A stretch of 64,000 nucleotides of DNA from Prorocentrum cordatum (taxonomy: Eukaryota), in the NCBI GenBank assembly GCA_963575745.1, contig CAUYUJ010000114.1, positions 806,001 through 870,000 of the forward strand, in the 5' to 3' direction. Position 1 is the stretch's first letter, and the number at the start of each line of letters is the position of its first letter. The notes below the pieces were generated by a model. It worked only from the letters and a program-made list of their open reading frames with translations. It had not been told where the DNA came from and ran no database searches. The position numbers were made by a program, and so were the translations under genes. Shown one piece after another: positions 55,250 through 64,000 of the stretch.

Positions 55250-55800
55250 GGACCTCTTGGCGGTTTGTTGGAACCCTTCGGAGGCTTCTTGAGGGCCTGG
55301 AGGCTTCTCGGGGGCCTCTTGGGAGCTTATTTGGGGCCTCTTGGGGCCTCGTGGGGCGCCATTGCGCCGTCTGGCCCGTTCGGAGGCCATCTTGGGGGGC
55401 CTCTCGGGGCCGCCGTGTGGCTCTGCTGTGGTCATCTTGGGACATCTCTGGGGCCCCTCGTCTTGGGGCCTGCTTGGGAGCCGCTGGGGCCGTCTTGGGG
55501 CCGTCTTGGAGGCTGGTCGGGCAGACGTGGCCCCCGAGAGGTGAAAAAGGCGAGAACGCGAAAGCCCGGTAAAACCCTGAGGAGCATCAATGTGTTTGGC
55601 TTCTGGAGGTACTCTTGGGGGTCCCCTTGGAGCCCTCTGGGGCCGTCTTGGTGGCCTCTTGGCCCTTCTTGGAGCAATGTTAGCCAATCTTGGGGGCACC
55701 TCTGAGGCCGTCGTGGGCCGTCTGGAGGCCGTCCTGAGCCGTCTTCAGGCCATGTCGGACCCCAAGAGGCCGAAGACGCCCAAATCATTGATTTTCTAAC
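55250..55800. repeat. Low-complexity ggggcc/ctcttgg interspersed repeat
   Basis: Similar tracts at 14900-15010, 34490-34760, 35600-36250, 57720-58420 and 61500-61700. Confidence 0.7.
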
Positions 55801-55899
55801 GGTTCTTGTGCGTTTTTAGCCCCAGGGGGGTCCGCCATGTGTGGTCTACGGATGTAGCGTGACTCTGGTGGGGGGGTATAATATGGAACCATAATGTCT

Positions 55900-55937
55900 A
55901 ACGTGATATGTGTTGATAACAATGATTGGACACGCCG

Positions 55938-55968
<31 letters not shown>

Positions 55969-57240
55969 TTATCCCTCGCGGGAAACGTTGCACGTCACCT
56001 TCCGGACGTGACGATTGGGCCTTGAGTGGTTTGCCTTGCTCGTCTGCCGCGCTGGTCTGCCGTGAGATGTGTTGATAGGTATGACACACTGCATGTATTA
56101 TGTTTTGTCCATCGCGGGATACGTTGCACGTCACCTGCCGGACGTGACGATTTGGCGTTGAGTGGTTTGCCTTGCTCGTCTGCCGCGCTGGTCTGCCGTG
56201 AGATGTGATGATAAGTATAATGGGACACATCGTATATATGCTTTTGTATCCATCGTGGGAAACGTTGCACGTCACCGTCCGGGCGTGACGATTGGGCGTT
56301 GGGTGGTTTGCCTTGCTCGTTGCCGCGCTGGTCTGCCGTGAGATGCGTTGATAAGTATAATTGGAATTGGGCGCATCGAATATATGTTGTTGTATCCATC
56401 GTGGGAAACGTTGCACGTCACCGTCCGGGCGTGACGATTTGGCGTTGGGTGGTTTGCCTTGCTCGTCTGCCGTGAGATGTGCTGATAAGTAGGATTGGGC
56501 ACATCGTATATATGTTTTTGCATACATCGTTGATGTGGGGAACGTTGCACGTCACCGTCCGGGCGTGACGATCGGGCGTTGCGTGGTTTGCCTTGCTGTC
56601 TGCCGCGCTGGTCTGCCGTGAGATGTGCTGACAAGTATAATCGGGCACACCGAATACATGTTTTCTTATTCATCGTGGGAAACGTTGCACGTCACCGTCC
56701 GGGCGTGACGATTGGGCGTTGGGCGTTGGGTGGTTTGCCTTGCTCGTCTGCCTCGCTGGTCTGCCGTGAGATGTGTTGATAAGTATAATGGGACACATCG
56801 TGTATATATATATATATATGTATATATGTTTTGGTATCCATCGTGGGACACGTTGCACGTCACCGTCCGGGCGTGACGACTGGGCGTTGGGTGGTTTGCC
56901 TTGCTCGTCTGCCGCGCTGGTCTGCCGTGAGATGTGTTGATCAGTATAATTGGACACATCGTATACACATATATATATATATATGTATATGCTTTTGCAT
57001 CCATCGTGGGAGACGTTGCACGTCACCGTCCGGGCGTGACGACTGGGCTTTGGGTGGTTTGCCTTGCTCGTCTGCCGCGCTGGTCTGCCGTGAGATGTGC
57101 TGATAAGTATGATTGGACCCTTCGTATATATATATATATGTGTTTGTATCCATCGTGGGAAACGTTGCACGTCACCGTCCGGGCGTGACGACTGGGCGTG
57201 GGGTGGTTTGCCCTGCTCGCCTGTCGCGCTGGTCTGCCGT
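55900..57240. repeat. Tandem array of 9 units (134-168 bp) with variable (TA)n linkers
   Basis: cgttgcacgtcacc at 55986, 56122, 56263, 56409, 56543, 56683, 56851, 57014 and 57163. Confidence 0.93.
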
Positions 57241-58649
57241 CGCGTGCTGCCTGCCCCCGGGGCGTTGGCCGGCTCCACGGGGGGCGGATGCGCCCCCCCC
57301 CATTTCAGCGCGGGGACGAGCGTGCGAAGGGCCAGCAAAACGCAGCGATCAGGGGCGACGAAAGGGGCGAATAGCCCAGGGGAGAGCAATGCATGTACTC
57401 CAGATTTCGTGATAAAAGGGAGGGGGTCTGGACCCTCCAAGACAAGCCATTTCAGACCTCCCCCGTGGGAGAACCCTCCAAAACATCGTCCCCAGACCCC
57501 CCAGGCCCTCCAAGATAGCCTGGAAGAGACCCCCCCCCGAAATGAGACCCCCCTCCCTTTACTACGAAATCTGGAGTATCCAGGGGTGCCGATGGTCTAT
57601 GTCTTCGACAGGGCTCCCAGGCGAATACGTGCAATGCCCGCCCCTGGGCTATTCGCCCGTATCGTCGCCGCCGAAACGAGCAACGATGAGCATAGCAACG
57701 TCGCGCCATTCGTATACAATTTCGTGGGCCTCTTGGTGGTGTGTGGGGCCTGTCGAAGGCCTGTCGGAGGTTTCTCGGAGGCCTCGGTGGGCCTCTTTGG
57801 GGTCTCTTTGGGGCTTCTTTTGGACCTCTTAGGGGCGTCTTGGTGCGCTCTTGCGCCGTCTGGCTCCCTTTGGAGTCCCCGTGGTGCCCCTTGGGGTACC
57901 CTTCGAGCTCTCCTGGGTGGTATGAAGGCCCTCTTGGGGCTCTTTGTGGGGGTCTGGGAGGTGTTTTGGGGCCACCTTGGAGGCCACGGCTCAAAAAGAA
58001 GCACGGCGTCAATTATGGTCCCCCATTCGGAACCCGAACAGTTGCATATTGGGGCGGGGCCCTCTTGGGACGTTCTTGGGGCGTTTGTTGGCGTTTTTGG
58101 GCCCGCCTTGGGCCTCTCTCTGGGGCCTGTCTTGGGGCTCTCTTGGGCCATCTTGGGGCCATCTTGAAGCCTCCCGCGCCCATTGAAAGCTTAGAGGCGT
58201 AGAGGCGAGAAGGTGACAAACATTGATTTGGTTCACCAGTTTTTGACGGACTTTGGCCTCTCGGGGGCGTCCTTGGGATGCCCCGTGGCCACTTGGGGCC
58301 GTCTTTGGGGCGGTCTAGCCTCGTGTAAGCTTGTGAGGAATTAACTTGAGTCATCGATGGCTATCTTGAGCGATATTGGAAGTCATCTTGAGCTTTCTTG
58401 GGCCGTCTTGGCGCCATTTAGGCCAATGCAGACGACCTAACCGCCCGCGCCCCCACCCCCCCGCCAGGCCCAGGGGGAGGGGCATGAGGAGGGGCGAACC
58501 CTTCCCCGAAGGGGAAGAAGGGGGTTGGACAGAGGGGTCTATCCAAACCACTCACGCCCAGAGGGCTGGTGGGATTTGGCAGGGCTGCGAGCAAGACGAT
58601 GGGCAAGGGCGCCGAAGCTGATGGAGACGAAGAGCCGACAAGAAAACGA

Positions 58650-60900
58650 AGAAGGAAGAGGTCGCCATTCGAATGTCGCAGTGGAAGAGGGTGACAGCCG
58701 ATGAGATCAGCATGGCGAGCGCGAACTTTCGTCGGCGGATCTAGATTCGCACTTTCGGTCGCGCATGCTAGCGGAGAGCGCGACGATAGTCGGAAAGGGC
58801 GGCGTGGGCAAGCCACTCGGGGCCGCGAGCGTTCTCTTCGGCGGACTTCCTCATCAACTGGAGCCGCCGGCTGGCGCTGCAATCAATGCGTTTCTCTCGT
58901 CGCACCTACAGGGGGCGAGGAAGCGTTCGCCGCGGGCCGCGAAGGATCACGAGCAGCGCGTTTCCTGGGGCAGGGGGCGCGCGGGGGCAGCGCAGGGGGT
59001 GGCGGAGCTGACGGGGCGCAAGCGCGCGGGGGGTCAGGGCGATCAGTTCCATGGGGATGGCAGATTGCTTTCGCCGGTGCTCGCGCGCAGAGCTGGCGCG
59101 CAACCTGTTGCGCGGCAGGCCGACGCGCGCGCCAGGGTCGCGGGCGGGCCGGGTGCCGCAGCGCGGACGGCATGCGCACGGGCAACGCAGGGGCCACTGC
59201 CGAAGAAAAGCGATTTCGAATGCGAAGCGCGCAGAAGTGAGCGACGCAAAAGAAGGCCCGTCGCGACCTCTCTGGGAGACGCGCGATGTGGGGAATGGGG
59301 GGTGTTGAGGATGCCGTCGAGATTTGTGCCAGCCAGAACATCCGTCGTCGCGTCAAGAAGCAGGGCGTCGCGCAAGGGGCGGATGGGCGAGCGCCGCAGC
59401 CGCCGCGGGTCGCAGCAAGAGATCGCCGCAGCCGCAGCTGAAGCAGCGGCGGCCGCGCAAAGTCAAGGACAAAATGAAGTTGCCGGGCCGCCGCGGCAAG
59501 GGGCGCGCCAGTCTGCCGGGGAGGCGCCCGCCAGCGAGGGGCATGCCCAGTGCTATGGGCGACCGCTTGGATTAGTCAAAAATAGCTGCGGGGGCGCCCG
59601 GCCGCGACTCATGGGCGGGCGTTGCGCGGGGGTGAGGGCGCGGGAGAAGACGGCGAGGAAGTGCCGCGGCACTTCGGAGAGTCATGGTGCTCGAACTTCA
59701 CGCGACAGACTGACATCCCCGAGGCTGGGCGCCCAGGCTGCATTCAGTTCTCTTCGCGAATGGGCGCCGGTGGATCCTAGGTGGGCGCCGTGGCATCTGG
59801 CGTCGAGTGCGAAGCGCGCTCTGCGCGCGATCGCGCCGTCGCTGGCGGCGACGGCGCGCGCCGCGCAAGGGCGGAGAGCGGGCGCTGTGATCGCGGATGC
59901 GGAGAGACGACGCGGCTCGGGTTGGGCGCCGCGGCCATAGCGTGCGCGCGAGAGCGGAAGAACTCATCGACGTTCCGGCCCTTTGAGAGGAAGCTGGGCA
60001 GAGAAGGAGACGTGGCCATCGCGCAGAAGTTGTTACAGGCACGCAGGTGAAAGGGCGGGGATTGGGAAGAGTGGGAGGCGCGGCTGGCGCCGCGAGACGA
60101 GCGCGAGCAGTGCCGGCGGAGGCCGCTGGTAGAAGTAATGATTCCATATGGTGAAGGACCAGCCGACGCTCTGCATGGAATGCGCGACGGACGCGAGAAG
60201 CGTCGACGAGAAAGGCCGTGACGCATGACAGGCATGGGCAACCGAAGTGGCGAGCGATGAACAGAGGCGGCACGGCGGCAGTCAGGCCAGCGATGGGGGC
60301 GGGCGACAAGGGCGAGTCGGAAACGGCTCGAACCATGCATCGCGCGAAGCGCAGCCAAGTGGAAGCGAAGCCGAAGTCTCTGTTGAACATGCGCGGGGGG
60401 GGGGGGGGCGCCAGGCGCCAGGCGTCGACGTTCGAGGCAAACAGTAGCAAAGGAAAAGCAATGGTGGAAACGGCGCCTCTGACGCGCTGCGCGCCATGGC
60501 GCGGGGCGATTCCGCGGGGGGCAGATCGTTTGAATCAGCGCCGAGTGGAGGGCCGCTGGGCGATATAAGGAGCCAGAGCGGTGCGCGGCCCATGCGATAC
60601 ATTGGAGGGCCATTGCGCAGGACATCGCCGATGCAGCAGACCAGCCGGCGCGCGAATGGACGCGCGCAGCTCGCGGAGCAGCTTTCTCGGACGCGATACA
60701 TCTGAAACAACAGCAAGTAAAACATCATCGAGAGACGCGTCAAGCGCGCGGCGTGCGCAGATTGCAAGGGTCTCGGTCTGACGGCGTACAGCTGGCCAGC
60801 GCATCGTCGCATCGGCACGTGTAACACATAAATTCGACATTTGCATTTTCCGCGGCGGGGGGCAACGTCGCGCGCGCGGGACAAAACGCCACCTTCAAGT
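58650..60900 (-). pseudogene. Possible decayed LTR-retrotransposon (Copia-like) gag-pol relic
   Basis: Minus-strand order: degenerate knuckle CYTCRCDDALASC (about 60790-60827), FGF...IAG...PCLS protease-like segment, HSTGH (about 59545). Many frameshifts. Confidence 0.3.
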
Positions 60901-62125
60901 GCGAGCCATGCAACTGATGGCCGCGCATGCGACGATCTGGGAGGTTGGGGGTGGAATTGCGCTACACGTACCGAAGTTTGTGGGAGTACTCAGGAGGACG
61001 GGGAGGGGGAGAGAACGAACAGGGAGGACGACGAAGATGCTAAGGACAACGATGAGACGGAGGAGGGTACAGAGGAGGAGAGGAAACAGGTGGTGGGGAG
61101 ACAAGCCAAACAGGCTTGAACCTGACAGAAGTGGGGCGGAGAAAAAAAACTGTGGGAACGCCATGAGAGGCGACCCGCCACCGTGCCTTGGTCGGGAACC
61201 ATAGGCCCCCGCGCGTGGGTCGTGAACTTCAAGCGCGAGACCCATCCCGCTACCGCGCCCGTGCTTGTGGGTCAGAGGACTTTGGGACGCGTGTTTGATG
61301 TTTGGAGGAAGCGTATGAGAAGCTGTGTGGATCCAGTTTTGACGAGTTTTTTTTTTTTCTCGGGGGAACGGGTAGGTGTTGCTTTGGGCCTCATTGCGGG
61401 CTGTGTGGGATTATTGTAAGTTTCCGTGGCGTCTCTGGCGGTTTCACGGGTCCTCTTGGGGCGAAGAACGTGCAATTCATATCGCGTTTTCTTAGTTGAG
61501 CATCTCTCGGGGCGGTCTTGGGATCTTTAAGGCCGTGTTGGGTTAATCTTAAGGACGTTCTGGGCCGTCTTGGCCGCATTGAAAAGGGGGCTCTCTTGGG
61601 AGGCCTTCTGGAGGCCTCTTCAGGGCATCTTAGAACCCTCTTAGGCACCCTGGACACCTTCTCGACCGTCCCAGACAGATTTGTTAACGACCCGGGGTCC
61701 CCTTGGATCGTCCTAGGTTACCAAAAGCACAACAAGTTTGGGTCTCGAATCCCCCATGATTCACTCGTTCCTGGGTCGTCCAAGGTCATGCGGGGGTCAA
61801 ATTTCCAGTTTGGGGTCCCTGGGGGGCGTTATAGGGGGTGAGGAATCTCACGCTCCTGGAGACCCACTAGGGGTCGGCGGATTTTTGTCCAATGTGCGGC
61901 ACCAGGGGTACCGACCCCTTCTCCGGGCCAGTCTCTCGAGCCGGACAATGTTTTGGTGGTCCCAGGGCGCCGTACCGGGCCGGGGAGGCCGAAACCGAGA
62001 AGAAATGCCAGTTGAACAAAGCATATTCTCGGAGATCTGCGCTCGCGAGTCAAAGGTTCATGTTTATTGCCGTCGTTTCTGCTCTTTTGCCGTCGGCGCA
62101 CGCGGCTGTCTTCGCCGCGCTCGAG

Positions 62126-62247
62126 GGTGCCGCTGGCAGCATGGAGATGCGGCTCGTGAGGGGGCCCGGGGAGGAGGGCCTGCCCGACAGGGCCCGCCTG
62201 CCGCCGGGCACCCGCTTCCTGTTCGAGGCGTTCGTCTCCAACTGCAG
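62126..62247 (+). CDS. Candidate exon (GAAGSMEMRLVRGPGEEGLPDRARLPPGTRFLFEAFVSNCR), same gene or next gene
   Basis: tcgag|g acceptor, ag|gc donor, strongly GC-rich third positions. Confidence 0.5.
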
Positions 62248-62282
62248 GCCTCGGAGAAGACAAAGCGGCATGCAGATCAAAG

Positions 62283-62445
62283 TGAAGGGGCCCCAGGACA
62301 CACAAATAAATACACACAAATAAAATGATTCCCTATATTTTCCCATTTGTTTTTGATTTTTGTCTTCCCCTCCACTTCCTATATTTTCCAATATTTTCCT
62401 GGGAGTGGACGATTAATTGTGTCTGTGTGTTTTTTCCCCTCCTGG
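62283..62445 (-). mobile_element. Family A copy, inverted
   Basis: Reverse complement of the family, perfect TSD caaag. Confidence 0.85.
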
Positions 62446-64000
62446 CAAAGGGAGGAGAACTGATCCATACCGCTATCCTTCCCTCGTCGCCACGGCTGGG
62501 TGAGCTTCAAACTCCTGGTCAGAACGCGCCCCCGGAGTGGTCCGAGGAGTAGCAGTATCGGCATGCTCTTGTCACCCACACGAGCGGCGCACGTCAGAGG
62601 AGGACCAGCGTTGAGGCAGCGGTGGTTTGGCCTTTTGGGGGGGGGCCCTCGTCACCACGGCCGGATGCAGCACGGAAAGCTGGTGCGCGCGCACGGTGGG
62701 AGGGCTCTGGGGACCGATGCTGGTGTTGTTGCCTCAAGGAGGGCTCCTCCGAACACAGCCGAGACGCTGGAAGAAGGACCGCTTTTGGGGTGAGGAGGGG
62801 CTCCAGTTTTCGGGCCGTTCCGTAGGCTGAGGTTCAGGGTTTTCGGGCCGATTCGTGGCGATTCTGGTTTTCGTGTCGATTCGTGGCGATTCTGGTTTTC
62901 GAGTAGGGGTTGTGGTTTTCGGGTCGATTCGTGGCCGAGGCTCGCCATGGCCAGCAAAGTCCCGTGGTTCCTTGTCTGGCGCTCCCTGTGGCAGCATGAT
63001 GGCCGCACAGTTTCAGCGCAGCTTCAGGTGTGTGGCAGCATTCGCATTTCGACAACGCTGGCTGTTGAAGCATGCTGTCCGCTCCCACCTTCTCCCTCCC
63101 CCATCTTTTCCCTCCCCCTCTGGGAGTGACCGCTGGCAGAAGCAAGTTGTTTCAATTCTGTTCATTCTTCCCTCGCTCCCCCTTCCCCAGCCCACCCCGC
63201 TTCCCTGCTCCTCTCGCCTCTCCAGTTCCTGCGCTTCCTTTTGCTGGTGATTTTCTGGGTGTTCCTGGATCGCCCAAGCTTCTTTCCTCCAGTAAGCTAA
63301 GTCAGCAGCGTCGCTGGCATACGGTCTGTCGAGCCAATAAACAACAGATGTCGGATTGCAAGAGGTGCCTCCTGGTCGTGGGTTCGCGTTTGACACGTTT
63401 CCCGGCACCCGTGTTTTTGTGTTACATGTAAGCCAGTCTCAGGCTGCAATTGTTGTGTTCATTATTGATACGTCTCCGCCCCAGTGTGATTCACATACGT
63501 TTCAAATTCTAGAAGACGCCAGGGCGGTCGTTCTTCGTGTTCGTGGACGTCTTAGCGGACGCCCACTCCCAGCTTTGCGCGCCCATAGTTTAAAGAAGAT
63601 TGTTGACAATGTTTGAAAGTTACGTCTGTGTTTTCTGGTGATTGCTATTTCATCGAGAGCAGACACGACGGCTGACAAAAACAAGATTGGCAGTGGCCGC
63701 GACGAACGATACAGATAGAGATAGCCGCATTTCAGGCTCATTGCGCAGCACCTTCTGTCAAGCGGAGAGGTTACAAGAACGATCGACTTGCGACAGTGGC
63801 ACGGCCCCGTCTCGTATCGACCGTATGCATTGCAATCAGCACAAGTGCTAGGTGGTGGGATCGACAGATCGAGTGTTCCGTGCTTCCCTCTCCCTGTCGC
63901 TTGTCCGCTCACAAGCCATTGTTTTTTTGCCAGGCGTAGTGATGTTCAGGTTTCGAGAAGGGCACCGTGAGACCACTCCTAGCCACTTGTATTGACCACC

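Noticed and set aside
54173..55705. Longest ORF (510 aa) as a single-exon gene
   Set aside because: Only 54192-54297 and 54700 to about 54930 look like GT8. The rest is intron and interspersed repeat.
55900..57240. CRISPR-like appearance of a conserved core with variable linkers
   Set aside because: The core is about 110 bp, the linkers are homologous (TA)n variants rather than unique spacers, no cas genes are present and the context is eukaryotic.
58583..58660. Candidate exon with a basic NLS-like end (AASKTMGKG...RKRRRKR)
   Set aside because: Codon usage is unlike the supported exons and I found no supported phase partner.
63000..64000. Lower-GC terminal block with short minus-strand ORFs
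   Set aside because: Interrupted by stops and lacking a recognisable motif. It may be a TE relic but cannot be called.

Overview
GC-rich eukaryotic genomic DNA, most likely from a dinoflagellate (inferred from tiny exons, GA/GC splice donors, AG|G acceptors and very large repeat-filled introns). Almost all long ORFs in the supplied track are artefacts of microsatellites and GC-rich repeats. By joining small + strand exons by hand I reconstructed a glycosyltransferase family 8 (glycogenin/galactinol-synthase-like) domain from 7 exons (42299 to about 54930, high confidence). Four exons at 7487-25307 give two copies of a Cys/His-rich motif. A phase-consistent chain of lower-confidence exons can link these into one gene of about 23 exons over more than 54 kb with roughly 4% coding sequence. 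The introns hold at least nine families of short non-autonomous TIR elements with 4-, 5- or 8-bp target-site duplications (some nested), kilobase (TAG)n/(CTA)n arrays, several minisatellites and satellites, and decayed retroelement fragments. I found no rRNA, tRNA or CRISPR array. All coordinates were counted by eye and no database search was possible.
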